Source of the DNA: a virus
IMG/VR virus record: IMGVR_UViG_3300006224_000007
Coordinates: 1-64,000 of that record
Direction: 5' to 3' (one strand)
Length of the DNA: 64,000 nt
Part shown: piece by piece, positions 8,685-19,344 of the stretch
Numbering within the stretch: position 1 is the stretch's first letter
How the letters are laid out: each line of letters begins with the position of its first letter
Made by a program: the position numbers and the translations under genes
Notes under the pieces: model-generated
Told to the model about the DNA's origin: nothing
What the model saw: the letters and a program-made list of their open reading frames with translations, nothing else
Database searches by the model: none

Positions 8685-9593
8685 ATGATGATAAATCTTG
8701 ATGAATTAGCCAAAGAATTAGGGCTTAAAAAGGTAAAGATAAGAGGGGATGAAATACATGCATCCTGTCCATTTTCCGAGAGACATTTATCGGGAAGTGA
8801 TAGTCATCCTAGTTTTTCAATCAATATCGACAAAGGAGTATTCAACTGCTTTAGTTGCGGAAGCAAAGGTACAATTGAGGAATTGGTTAGCAGAATTAGA
8901 GGATTATCAACTACTGAGGCTATATCTCAACTTGAAGAATGGGGATTTAGCAAGCTTGAAAGAGAATTAAGGGAAAAACCAAAAGATGAAAGACCTGAAT
9001 TTCTTCCCGAAGGATTATTACTCTACTATGACAAAGTGGAAGATGCTTTTGCAGAAATTTATCGGGGTGAAGTGGATGAACAAGATTGTTTGATTTATCC
9101 AGTAAGAACTAATGAAGGAAAACTTGTAGGAGCATTAGCTAGAAGCACAATTGGGCGATGGCATAAAGTTATGTGGAATATGCAAAAAAGTTACTATCTT
9201 TATGGAGAAGAAGCTATTAAATTGGAAGAACCAGTAATAATTGTGGAAGGTCCAGGTGATGTTCTAGCTCTTAGAAAAAGCGGATTAACTAATGCTGTTG
9301 CCTTGATGGGAATTAATTGCTCTAATAAGCAAGCAGAAAGATTACTCAATCTATCCAGCGAATTTGTTGTTTGGTTTGACAAGGATAGTGCTGGAATAGA
9401 AGGAATAAAGACAATTCACCAGAAACTACGATATCGTGCCAATGTTAGATATGTAGACCCTTGGGAATATCCAGAAATAGAGCCGCATGGCGATGCTAAA
9501 CAAGTATATGAGTCTTGCGGCCAGGAAGCAGTTCAAACTATTGTTGAAGTAGCACAAACTTGGTTACAACACATTTTAAATGGAGAAGATTAA
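8685..9593 (+). CDS. dnaG: DnaG-type DNA primase (CHC2 zinc finger + TOPRIM)
   Basis: CPF..H...HPSF.....FNCFSCG; IIVEGPGD; WFDKDSAG. Confidence 0.9.
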   Translation: MMINLDELAKELGLKKVKIRGDEIHASCPFSERHLSGSDSHPSFSINIDKGVFNCFSCGSKGTIEELVSRIRGLSTTEAISQLEEWGFSKLERELREKPKDERPEFLPEGLLLYYDKVEDAFAEIYRGEVDEQDCLIYPVRTNEGKLVGALARSTIGRWHKVMWNMQKSYYLYGEEAIKLEEPVIIVEGPGDVLALRKSGLTNAVALMGINCSNKQAERLLNLSSEFVVWFDKDSAGIEGIKTIHQKLRYRANVRYVDPWEYPEIEPHGDAKQVYESCGQEAVQTIVEVAQTWLQHILNGED

Positions 9594-9833
9594 ATGCCTG
9601 TTAAGAAATTAACCCTTGAAGAAGAGTTTAACAAAATTTGTCGAGACACTCTGGAAAAATGGCTTTCTGATGCATTAGAAAATTTACAAGCAGAAATAGA
9701 ATATGAAGGAGATGTTGAAGCAGGATTAGAAAGTTTTTGTACCACTAATTTGCAAAATCTTTATGATAATATCTTTGATGAGATTTATATATGGAGTCAA
9801 GACCATATTAAAATGAAATTTGTTCTGGAGTAA
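9594..9833 (+). CDS. Small acidic helical protein (paralog 1)
   Basis: D/E-rich; aligns by eye with 9838-10107. Confidence 0.6.
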   Translation: MPVKKLTLEEEFNKICRDTLEKWLSDALENLQAEIEYEGDVEAGLESFCTTNLQNLYDNIFDEIYIWSQDHIKMKFVLE

Positions 9834-9837
9834 AACT

Positions 9838-10107
9838 ATGGTAACTAAGCAAGTAAAAGAGCTTTCTATTGATGAAGAACTAGAAAGTGTAATTACCGAA
9901 AGTTTAAAACAATATTTACCTAGTATTATTGATGAGTTTCATCGAACTATGGAAGAATCAACTAACTTAGAAGAAGGGTTGTCATATTTTGTAGATGTTT
10001 TCTATGATGATTTTGCTGGTTCATTAGCTGAAGATGTTTGTGTTTGGGTAAGGCAAAACCTAGTTTTTGTGCATTCAGTAGCCAGAAAATCAGATAGAGA
10101 AAATTGA
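9838..10107 (+). CDS. Small acidic helical protein (paralog 2)
   Basis: SD GGAG before ATG 9838; K.L..EE......L...L...GL..F pattern shared with the upstream gene. Confidence 0.6.
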   Translation: MVTKQVKELSIDEELESVITESLKQYLPSIIDEFHRTMEESTNLEEGLSYFVDVFYDDFAGSLAEDVCVWVRQNLVFVHSVARKSDREN

Positions 10108-10129
10108 GTCGGCCAAAAAAAAAGAAGGG

Positions 10130-10390
10130 ATGCTTTTAAAAATGACTCCATTTGAAAAATATATGAGAGAGGTTGTTGAACAGTGGGTACAAAATCTTCT
10201 CAATTGTGAAGACGATTATCTCTCTATGGTGGAATCTAATATGGAAGACGGAGATGGATTAGATACTTTAGCAGGAGATTTTATAGCAGATTTTGTTGAT
10301 GTGGAAGAGTTGCAAGGTGCTATTGAAGACGTTGCTAATGATTTGTTAGAAGAACTTGATATTAAAGTAACTGTTAGCTGGAAATACTAG
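10130..10390 (+). CDS. Small highly acidic protein
   Basis: D/E-rich 86-aa ORF, third in a tandem set. Confidence 0.55.
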   Translation: MLLKMTPFEKYMREVVEQWVQNLLNCEDDYLSMVESNMEDGDGLDTLAGDFIADFVDVEELQGAIEDVANDLLEELDIKVTVSWKY

Positions 10391-10398
10391 TTGTAATT

Positions 10399-10485
10399 GG
10401 GCGAGTGGCGGAACTGGCAGACGCGCTAGACTTAAAATCTAGTCTTTGGGAAACCGGGGTGCGGGTTCAATTCCCGCCTTGCCCA
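10399..10485 (+). tRNA. tRNA-Leu (anticodon TAA), CCA not encoded
   Basis: Acceptor GGGCGAG/CTTGCCC+A; D-arm GCGGAACTGGCAGACGC; anticodon stem CTAGA/TCTAG with loop CTTAAAA; long variable arm; T-arm GCGGG-TTCAATT-CCCGC. Confidence 0.95.
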
Positions 10486-10505
10486 TTAAACAAACGGAGG
10501 ATATA

Positions 10506-10826
10506 GTGAATATAACACAAGGGTATGCTAATTTTTATGGTTGGACTGATGTAGAACCTTATGAAATAGTTCGTGTAGTATCTGATAAATGTATTGAAAT
10601 TAGAGCTATGAAAGCAGAACGCAGTTCTTCATGGAAACCAAACTGGATTCCCGGTGGTTTTTCTCTTGTATGTCTTAACAATATGGAACAACAATGGATT
10701 GTATCAATAGATACAGAGGCACCAATCATAAGAGCGCGATTGCATAAGGATGGAAAATGGTATAGCAAACGTGGTAAACATCTTTTAGAGTATATACCAA
10801 AAAAATATTACGACTTTAATTTTTAA
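10506..10826 (+). CDS. Hypothetical phage protein
   Basis: GGAGG SD before GTG 10506; the track start overlaps the tRNA. Confidence 0.6.
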   Translation: MNITQGYANFYGWTDVEPYEIVRVVSDKCIEIRAMKAERSSSWKPNWIPGGFSLVCLNNMEQQWIVSIDTEAPIIRARLHKDGKWYSKRGKHLLEYIPKKYYDFNF

Positions 10827-13097
10827 ATGGAGATTTAGAACTATGAAAAGAAAAGAACTTTTAGCTCTTCCTAAGAGGGCTTGGGATGATGAATCCTTTT
10901 ATGACTCAGTTTTGATAATTCCATCAGGAAGAAAGCATGATTCTGGTTATATGCTGATTGCTATAGTAGGAGTTATAAAAGGAGAGCCTAAAGAAATAGC
11001 CGCTTATTGTGATGATATTCACTGGATTGCTCCTGCTCCTGTAACGTTTGGTTCAGGATTTCAAGTGGGAGATTTGAGAACCGATATGTTTTATCCCAGT
11101 GGAATTATGCAAATGTGGGGAAGAGGACAATTTAAAGTCGGTCTTAGTCTTAGCAGTACTGATATAACTTTTATAAGGAGCTAGAATGTATTGGAACTAT
11201 CGCATAGTTCATTTTGTTACTGACCTTGGGGATTACTATGACCTTCATGAAGTATATTATGATGACGATGGTGTTCCTTTTGCTCGTACTATGGATGGAA
11301 AAGCCTATGGTGAAACCGAAGAGGAAGTAATAGAAGCACTAGAAATGATGTTAAGAGACGCTAAAAAGGCTCCTGTCTTAGAGGACAAGGAAATAAATAA
11401 TGAACGCTTTGATGAATTGGAAAGAGAGGCTGGAGTATCCGACTAAATTATTACTAGGTTTAGTAGTTTTTGATACGATAGCGTCTTATGTATTCTGGAC
11501 AAATAACTGGATGACAGAAGAAAATCCCATAATGTTATGGGCGTTGCAGAAAGGATGGGCATATTGGGTTATTAAAATAGTTCAATTGGGTCTTGTTTTA
11601 ATATTAGGCTATTTCTATGCTAAAAATAGAAAAGCAAGGTTCGCAACTTGGTTACTTGTAAGTGTGTTTACTTTTGTATGGGTACAATTTTTTATAGGGA
11701 GTATATTATGACTAATGTTGAAGCAATTAAAGACGCTCTTAAAGCTGGTACTGAACCTAGAATGATTTGTATGACTTGTCCGTGGGATAGGTTTTGTTTA
11801 ACTCCCCCGTCTATGACTTCTTTTGACATTGAAAACCAGATAAACAAAATGAAAGAAGAAGATGAAAAGGCTTCGGAGAAAGATGGAACAAATCACTTCA
11901 TGGGTGCTATGATGGGAACCATATTGTTTACTGGTAAAGATACACAAGCTACTCTTTGCCCTATAGTAGTTAATAGACTTCAAACTTCTGATGGGCGCAA
12001 AATTGTAGACTCTATTCGTGATATGATGCAGGAATGGGAAGACTAAATGGAAGATGCTGAAAGATATAAGGAAGCTCTTGAATTCCTTCAAGGAAGATTT
12101 GAGTGGGGAGTAGCCGAAGCAGTAGCTCATTATTATGCTAGAGCTATTGACTATTTGTTTGAAGGAATGACTTGGGATGAAGCACTAGATTTTGAAGATG
12201 ATGGAGATGATGAGGATTAGTATGTTTCATGAATCAAGAGGAAAATACACAGTTTATCGTGTACATACAAAGTATGGAGAATTTACCTTTAGAAAGGAGT
12301 TGGAAGCAGTTAACTTCATGCTAGATATAGGAACCGGGAGACTTCCAATGATGATACTGGACTTTGACCATCTACCAGAAATCTATACTACACAAGAAGC
12401 TATAACTGAATACAGTAGAAGGAAATCATGAGTGAGAAAATTATACCTTTAGATAGTGAACATCGTATTGTTGTAACTCAGCGGTGGGATGAAGGTGGGT
12501 ATAATGTAGAAAATATAAAGGTCGAGCGTTGTTGGGAAAGTAGATGGGAAGAGCCTAAATGGTTTGAAGACCACGCTACTTCTACTCCATTAATTCAAGC
12601 CGCTTGGTGGGCGAGTAAGTGGTATCATGAAAAGAATGAATCATGAAACGCTGGACAGTAGGACCAAATAATAAGTATAGTAATTATTTCTTCTCCATTG
12701 AGATAGATATTCCAGAAAATGAGAAATATAAAAAAGAAATACTAGCTTTTCTTCGTGACCATATAAAGTTAGGTGCTAAAACAGCAGAGAAGATGGCAGA
12801 AGGTCCAGTACGAGTAAAGGCGGGAGTATAATGTATATCTGGAAGTATCCTATTCCCATTGAGGACGAGTTTGAAATTGAAATGCCTTATGATGCCTTGG
12901 TGTTGTGTGTTCAAATGCAAGGAGATACTCCGTGTATTTGGGTAAAGACTACGGGAACTGATAGGCTGGAGAAGAAGAAATTTTCTATAATTGGAACAGG
13001 GAATCCTTTTAATCCAAGAGGACTTTCTTACATAGGAACGTTTCAGCAGTATGGTGGTAAATTAGTATGGCATCTCTTTGAAAGGTGGACTTAATAA

Positions 13098-13619
13098 ATG
13101 TTAATGTTATATGGAATGCTGGGAGTCTTCTTTCTATGGTTGGTCATTATTATCTATTTGTGGAGAAATGATGACCTTTATGGATTTGAAGATGTTATAG
13201 CAACATTTGTACTCATTGTATTTATTGCCAGTGGAATTTTTTGGGGTGGGTTAACTTTTGGTCTTAGTTGGCTTGGTAATTATCATGAGAAGGTTGGAGA
13301 ATATCAATTAGTAGCTTTGAAAGATACTGGAAGGGTTGAAGGCTCCTTCTTCTTAGGAACTGGATATTTTCAAGGTTCCGCTGCTTATAGGTATTACTAT
13401 CAACTTGATGAAAACTTTATTGCTATGAATCAAAGAAATTTTAGTGATGGTTTTATAACCTATATTACTGATGGTAGTTATCCTAGAGTTGTTACGACCA
13501 AAGAACATTTTAAGAGCGGATTCTTGAATCACTTATTTTGGGACGTAAAAGGTTATGAAGATACTTATTATGTTCCTGAAGGTTCTGTTCTTAATGAAAT
13601 TAGATTGGACTTAGAGTGA
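13098..13619 (+). CDS. Membrane protein with two N-terminal TM segments
   Basis: Two hydrophobic stretches followed by a GSFFLGTG motif. Confidence 0.6.
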   Translation: MLMLYGMLGVFFLWLVIIIYLWRNDDLYGFEDVIATFVLIVFIASGIFWGGLTFGLSWLGNYHEKVGEYQLVALKDTGRVEGSFFLGTGYFQGSAAYRYYYQLDENFIAMNQRNFSDGFITYITDGSYPRVVTTKEHFKSGFLNHLFWDVKGYEDTYYVPEGSVLNEIRLDLE

Positions 13620-14269
13620 ACCAATATCATAAGATAAACTCAATCTTTAAGAGAACTACAGATGGAAAGAAAATGCTTTTTGGGGAATACTCCCAGCCTG
13701 AGTTTGAATATCTTAAAGATAATTTGTGGGAGTTTACTGAGAAAGTAGATGGAACTAACATAAGAGTCATGTATGTTGGTTGTGAAGCCTTTGGCGATGA
13801 TATGTGGTTTGGTGGTAAAACTGACAACGCTCAAATTCCTGCCCATTTAGTAAACAAATTGAATGAACTTTTTTGGATTGATAAGCTAAGGGATGCTTTC
13901 CCTAGTGATAATCAAGAGGACGCTATCAGAACTATTTGTCTTTATGGTGAAGGCTTTGGAGCCAAGATTCAGAATGGTGGAAAATATATCCCCGATGGGG
14001 TTGACTTTGTGCTGTTTGATGTTAAAATAGGGGAGTGGTGGCTCAAGAGAGAAGCTGTTGAAGATATAGCTACCCGACTTGGTATTATGGTCGTACCAAT
14101 AATAGACCAAGGAACCTTAGAAGGAATGATTAACCTTTGTAGGCATGGATTTAAGTCTCAATGGGGAGATTTTATAGCTGAAGGTATAGTAGCAAGACCA
14201 GTAGTAGAGCTTAGAGATAGGAGCGGCCATAGGATTATTACTAAGCTGAAGCATAAAGATTTTCAGTAG
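13616..14269 (+). CDS. ATP-dependent RNA ligase family (Rnl2-like nucleotidyltransferase domain)
   Basis: Motif I TEKVDGTN, YGEGFG, FVLFDV, EGIV, terminal KLK. Confidence 0.85.
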   Translation: MNQYHKINSIFKRTTDGKKMLFGEYSQPEFEYLKDNLWEFTEKVDGTNIRVMYVGCEAFGDDMWFGGKTDNAQIPAHLVNKLNELFWIDKLRDAFPSDNQEDAIRTICLYGEGFGAKIQNGGKYIPDGVDFVLFDVKIGEWWLKREAVEDIATRLGIMVVPIIDQGTLEGMINLCRHGFKSQWGDFIAEGIVARPVVELRDRSGHRIITKLKHKDFQ

Positions 14270-14281
14270 GAGTAAATTACT

Positions 14282-14527
14282 ATGAGTGTATTCTTAATTC
14301 GCGGCCCATTTGTGGGCAAGGGGAACAGAAGATATTGTATAGCAGAAGTTGATGGCAAGAGACGTAAAATAAATTACGCTAAATATCTTGTATTAAAGGC
14401 AGGAATTCCTGTAGGAAAACATGAAGAAGTACATCATGTAGATGAAAATAAACTTAATGATGTGCTAGAAAATTTGAAGCCTCTAAAGGAATATAAGCAT
14501 AATAAAGAACATAAAGGAAAAAAATGA
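14282..14527 (+). CDS. Small HNH endonuclease-like protein
   Basis: EVHHVDENKLNDVLENL...H HNH motif. Confidence 0.7.
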   Translation: MSVFLIRGPFVGKGNRRYCIAEVDGKRRKINYAKYLVLKAGIPVGKHEEVHHVDENKLNDVLENLKPLKEYKHNKEHKGKK

Positions 14528-14654
14528 TTACCTGTCCTTTAACAAAAAGTGCATGTAATATGCAGTATTGTGAATGGTGGTACACTAAATATAATACTTG
14601 TATGATTATGTTTATAGGAGTATCGTTAGGTCTATATTGTGAAAGGAATTCAAA

Positions 14655-15086
14655 ATGAGTAAGAAGTTTGTTGGTGTACAGTTTGTTGAAACAGTCAGAA
14701 CGGGTAAGAATACTCTAGCTTTTGGTATCTATAATGATTTTGATATAGGTAGAGTTCCTTTTGCTGGAGTGTCAGAAAAAAATGCGGAAGACACTGAAAA
14801 AATTAGTAGAGGTAGAAACTTTGCTGTTGGTCGTGCCTTTCAAAATCTCGGTAAAGAAATTGAAAAGCGTGAATGGGCAAAGCTTAAACAGCCTGTTAAG
14901 AAAGAAGTGTCTGCTAAAAAGTTATCTGCTAAAGAAGTGGCAGAGCTTATGAACACACCAGAAGCCATTAAAAAGCGTGAGGAAAGAGCAAAGAAACATG
15001 CTAAAGAGAATCCAAAAGCCGCTAAATCCGCAGTTGAAGCAGATAGTAAAGTCGGCAAAACAAAAGCGACAGCTACAAACAAGTAA
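14655..15086 (+). CDS. Hypothetical basic protein
   Basis: SD AAAGGA; G.S......D.....G...A.GRA phage-type motif; Lys-rich tail. Confidence 0.6.
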   Translation: MSKKFVGVQFVETVRTGKNTLAFGIYNDFDIGRVPFAGVSEKNAEDTEKISRGRNFAVGRAFQNLGKEIEKREWAKLKQPVKKEVSAKKLSAKEVAELMNTPEAIKKREERAKKHAKENPKAAKSAVEADSKVGKTKATATNK

Positions 15087-15261
15087 CTATAAAGAAATTG
15101 TAGAGCTATTTTGGACTATGCCACATAATAATTGTGTAGTTTCAGATATGCCTACTAATCCTGATAATGTAAAAAGAGGACTAGATAGAGCCATTAGGAA
15201 GTGTGGTTATCCTATGGTATCTACTGTCAAAAGGGGAGAGGTCTTTATTAAGAAGACCTGA
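14998..15261 (+). CDS. Small basic protein, paralog of 3688-3936 (start uncertain)
   Basis: C-terminal 60 aa align by eye with 3688-3936; overlaps the upstream gene in another frame. Confidence 0.5.
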   Translation: MLKRIQKPLNPQLKQIVKSAKQKRQLQTSNYKEIVELFWTMPHNNCVVSDMPTNPDNVKRGLDRAIRKCGYPMVSTVKRGEVFIKKT

Positions 15262-15446
15262 GCCAATAGGGGGGTTAATCCCCCTAGCGAAAAGGAGAGT
15301 TATGCCAACATGGAAATGTAAATATTTTGCTAAGATAGATGAAGCAGTTTTTTACTGGAATCCTTATGTAGAAAATTGTGGACTTTGTATCAATTGGTGT
15401 GATGGAGAATGCATACACCAGGATAAATTGAAAGTACAAGGTGAGA

Positions 15447-16334
15447 ATGAGGGGTTCGAAGAAGGTTTTATTGACAATGATTTTAGTAGGAACGTTCCTC
15501 AACTTGATGATGGGGGTGAGTATGGCAATTGAAAAACCGTGGGATGATTGGCCTGATACAGATATAGAAGCAGGTTGGTATGTAAAAAATGAAAAAATCT
15601 TTAAGGGTTATTCTGAGACAGAATTTAGACCTAACGAAAATATAACTCAAAAGCATTTCTATGATGTTCTTTTTAGGGCTAAAATTATAGATGCTACTGA
15701 CACAGTAAATATTTCTGACAACACTGTTACAATATCTCAATCTCAGATTTATATGCCTGGAACTGCTTGGACTTCTAAACCAACTGATTTGGTAACTAGA
15801 TATCGTATGGCAGTTATGGTGTATCGACATAAAAATAATATTCAGCCACCTAACCAAGACCAAGTAGTTATTGATAGACTAGAAAAATTGTTTCAAGATA
15901 AACCTGTAACTTGGCAAGGAGTAACTCGTAAGTCTAAACTGATTGGTCATGCCAAAACTATTGTGGAAGATTCCAGAAAATATGGAATTCCTATTTGGTT
16001 ATGCCTTGGTCAAGGTTGGCGTGAATCACAGTGGTATACTACTGGACTTAGCATAGACTATAACTGTGGTTGGGGAATGAAAGACACTAAGGGATGGGGA
16101 GAAAAAGGCACTCCTGAATATGCTAGTGGCTTTGCTAATTATGTCTCTATTGATGAGTCTATTCATGCATATTTTCGATTGATGAGTAGTTCTAAGATGC
16201 CTTACAAGTCTCTCATTGATGCTGGTGAATATAGAGAAGCACTTGAAATCTATTCTCCTGATGGAGATATTGCGCGCCACTATAAAACAGTTATGACTGT
16301 AAAGAGTTGGTGTGAAGAAAGAGGAATAAGATGA
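15447..16334 (+). CDS. Secreted cell-wall hydrolase: signal peptide, SLH domain(s), glucosaminidase/lysozyme-like domain
   Basis: Hydrophobic N-terminus ending VSMA; SLH motif IFKGYSETEFRPNENIT; YGIP.....Q...ES.W....N.GWGMK...FANY.SIDESI..Y. Confidence 0.75.
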   Translation: MRGSKKVLLTMILVGTFLNLMMGVSMAIEKPWDDWPDTDIEAGWYVKNEKIFKGYSETEFRPNENITQKHFYDVLFRAKIIDATDTVNISDNTVTISQSQIYMPGTAWTSKPTDLVTRYRMAVMVYRHKNNIQPPNQDQVVIDRLEKLFQDKPVTWQGVTRKSKLIGHAKTIVEDSRKYGIPIWLCLGQGWRESQWYTTGLSIDYNCGWGMKDTKGWGEKGTPEYASGFANYVSIDESIHAYFRLMSSSKMPYKSLIDAGEYREALEIYSPDGDIARHYKTVMTVKSWCEERGIR

Positions 16335-17517
16335 GAATAGATGACCCATCATTAGATAAAATGGCTCTTAATAGAAGAGAGTTTTATCTTTTGATAAAAC
16401 GACTTCAAAGTATTGGTCAAGAGATAGACTCAGGAGCAGTACGTTATGCTAGAGATAATTTGCATAACTTAGTTCAAGGTCTAATATATAGATATAAAGA
16501 GGAATTAAATGAATGAACAAGAGTTAATAACAAGAGTTGAAGAAGACCGTAAAAAAGTTCAAGAAGATTTGTTTGAAAAAGTTAGCTTAATGTTTCATTC
16601 AGTACTAGGAGTTTATCCTGATGCTGTTCCATTTGATGGAATTCATACTGTAAATTATAATACTTATGTTCATACAGAACTTTGGGAAACATGGTTAGAT
16701 GGTTATAAGTTTCTAGTTGAAAAATCCACCATCGTTTCTAGAATAAAAGATACTCCAAGATACAGTGTTTATCAAATAACTAACTATAAAAATGATTCTT
16801 CATATTTTACAAAACTAATTTCTAGGTTTGCAGATATCGACCTTAAAAAAGGTGCTAAGATAAAGAAGAAGAAATAAGATGGGCGATTTAATTATGCTTA
16901 TCTTTGTAGGAGCTTTTAGTATTTCTCTTGGATGGTTTGCTGGTATTAGCTATGCTAGAACTAATCTTCCTAAATGGCAAGCTGAACAAGCAGCAAGACA
17001 AGAATTGGAAGACCAAAAAGAGTATGAACGTCTAAAAAAGAAGTATGAAAAATGACTAAGATAAAGGAACTAGAGAAGTTCTTAACTTCCCTAGAAGAAA
17101 CTCCTTATGAAGTAAAAGTATTTACTTTTGACGCAGATGGAATAAGGATAGCGGAAATAAGCTATGTTCATCGGCGTTCTAGTGGAGTATTTGGTGCATC
17201 TTACATGAGAAGTGAGCCAGAATGTGCCGCTATTATTCTTGCCGCAGAGAATTTTCTCATATATGAGGATGAGGAAGAGCTTGAAGAAGTAAAAGGCATA
17301 TTAAAATATCTTATTGGGAGATAATGATGAGGCTTTATGAAATAGGAATCTGTTTGACATTATACAGAACAGTAGAAGTTCCTGACAGTTATCAAGATGA
17401 ACAAGATATAGATGATTACATCAATGAGCATTATACAGGCAATAAAACCATGATAGAAGCTATTGATGATGGGGATTTTCAAATAGATGATTTCTTCTGG
17501 CATGAGGTAGGTAAAAA

Positions 17518-17733
17518 ATGAAGGTTGGCGACAAAGTTAAAGTTATTGGCTTATTGAATGAGCATGGAATCTTAGAAGGAGATTTATGCACAGGAGCAGT
17601 AGGTATAATCTCTCAAAGAGGAATTTTGTTTCCCTGGATAGTAACTTTTGACCATCCTATAGAATGGATAGAAAATAAATATTGGGTAGATATGCCCTGT
17701 TATGAATCAGAATTGGAGTTATTGAATGTGTAA
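17518..17733 (+). CDS. Small KOW/SH3-like protein
   Basis: MKVGDKVKV...GAVGII...V.F...ESELEL. Confidence 0.55.
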   Translation: MKVGDKVKVIGLLNEHGILEGDLCTGAVGIISQRGILFPWIVTFDHPIEWIENKYWVDMPCYESELELLNV

Positions 17734-18280
17734 GTATCCTGAAATTGAAGTAGAACTTGTTGGTCAAAATGGAAATGCTTTTGCTATTCTAGCAAATGTC
17801 TCAAAAGCATTGAAGAAGGGTGGAGTGCCTAAAGAAGAGATTGATAAGTATATGGATGAAGCTATGGCAGGAGATTATAATCATCTTCTGCGAACTACAA
17901 TGGAATGGGTAGAGGTTTATTGATGGGTACAAGAGCATTAGCAAAAGTTTATGATGAAAGTGACAAAGTTTTAGTAACAATCTATAGACACATGGATGGT
18001 TATCCAGAAGGATTTGGAGCAGAGCTAGAGGATTTTTCTTCTACTTTTAAATTGGTTAATGGGCTTTCTTCTTGCCAAGAAGGAAATATAGCAAATGGTA
18101 TGGGATGCTTTGCTGCCTCTCTTATTAAAGAACTTAAAGAAGGACCGGGAAGTATTTATATAGTTCCTCCAGAGGGTGGTATGTGGGAAGAATATGTCTA
18201 TCATATTAAACCTAATGGAGAACGAATAAGTATTTCTGTAGAAGAAACTTAGAAAGATACTACGCAGAAAGGGGGTGAAA

Positions 18281-19288
18281 ATGAAAAAGATTTTACCTTT
18301 TATAGTAGCCTGTCTTATCGTCTTTTTATTGGCGTTTGGTGCATATTATGTACCAACGGTTAATGCTGATAGGCCAGAAACTACAACTACTACGCAAGTA
18401 GTAAGTTCAGGAACAGAAAATTGGACTGGAAATGGTAGTGAAAATAATTGTGAGAGTGGTGGAACATACCATTGGATATTAACTGCCGGTGGTGGTGGAT
18501 TTGATTATACTAGTGCCACATTATATGTAACATATTCTAGTGGTCCAGCTAGTGTGAGTTCTGGATTTTTCCCTGGTGGAAGTAATCATGGAGCAATTCA
18601 TTTCTATTCACATGGTAATGGAGAAGTAGTAAGTGCTTATGCTGTTTGGAATGGTTTAGGTACTCCTGGTAATCAAGTATTAACTATTAGTAGTTCTGTG
18701 TGTTGTACAACTACAACTAGCAGTACAACCACAACCAGTAGTACGACTACTACAACTGAACCTCCAACTACAACTACAGAAAGTACTACTACAACTACAA
18801 GTTCAACTACTACTACAACTGAACCACCTACAACTACTACAGATAGTACGACAACTACAACGTCAAGCACAACTACAACTACTGAGCCGCCTACAACTAC
18901 AACTAGTAGCAGTACGACAACCAGTAGCAGTACAACCACGACTGAAAGTACAACCACAACTACTATTCCAGAAACCACAACTACAACTATTCCTGAAACT
19001 ACTACGACTACAATTCCTGAGACAACTACTACGACTACAGAACCAGAAACGACTACAACTACAACGGAAGTAACAACTACTACTACAACTGAGCCTGAAA
19101 CAACTACTACAACTTCTGAACCTCAACAAGCAACTAGTACAACGTCAACTAGTTTGACTACAACTACTTCGGTAACGGAAGAATTTCCATTTACTGGATA
19201 TAGCAATTGGTATTGGCTGTTGTTAGGTATCGGTGTTGTATTGTTAGCTGGTGGATTGGTAAGTCGTTTTGTTGGAGTTAAAAAGTAA
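18281..19288 (+). CDS. Thr-rich mucin-like surface protein with sortase-type anchor (FPFTG)
   Basis: Signal peptide, Gly/Ser-rich globular domain, about 155-aa Thr/Ser/Pro/Glu stalk, FPFTG + TM + basic tail. Confidence 0.8.
   Translation: MKKILPFIVACLIVFLLAFGAYYVPTVNADRPETTTTTQVVSSGTENWTGNGSENNCESGGTYHWILTAGGGGFDYTSATLYVTYSSGPASVSSGFFPGGSNHGAIHFYSHGNGEVVSAYAVWNGLGTPGNQVLTISSSVCCTTTTSSTTTTSSTTTTTEPPTTTTESTTTTTSSTTTTTEPPTTTTDSTTTTTSSTTTTTEPPTTTTSSSTTTSSSTTTTESTTTTTIPETTTTTIPETTTTTIPETTTTTTEPETTTTTTEVTTTTTTEPETTTTTSEPQQATSTTSTSLTTTTSVTEEFPFTGYSNWYWLLLGIGVVLLAGGLVSRFVGVKK
18705..19180 (+). repeat. Degenerate coding tandem repeats (STTTTSSTTTTTEPPTTTT; TTTTTIPE/EPE)
   Basis: ACT/ACA/ACG-rich in-frame repeats. 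Confidence 0.85.
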
Positions 19289-19301
19289 TTTACTTAGGTA
19301 A

Positions 19302-19326
19302 GTGGTGCCTCATTATGAGGCACTAC
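19302..19326 (+). terminator. Hairpin after the Thr-rich gene (no U tract)
   Basis: GTGGTGCCTCA-TTA-TGAGGCACTAC. Confidence 0.45.
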
Positions 19327-19344
19327 ACTAAAAGGAGTTAAAAT

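Noticed and set aside
10446-10505. N-terminal extension of ORF 10446-10826
   Set aside because: It overlaps the tRNA; a GGAGG SD supports GTG 10506.
14282-14527. HNH gene as part of a group I intron
   Set aside because: Flanking genes look intact and there is no room for an intron core.
18705-19180. Repeats as a CRISPR array or non-coding satellite
   Set aside because: They are in-frame degenerate Thr codons with no constant repeat and unique spacer structure.
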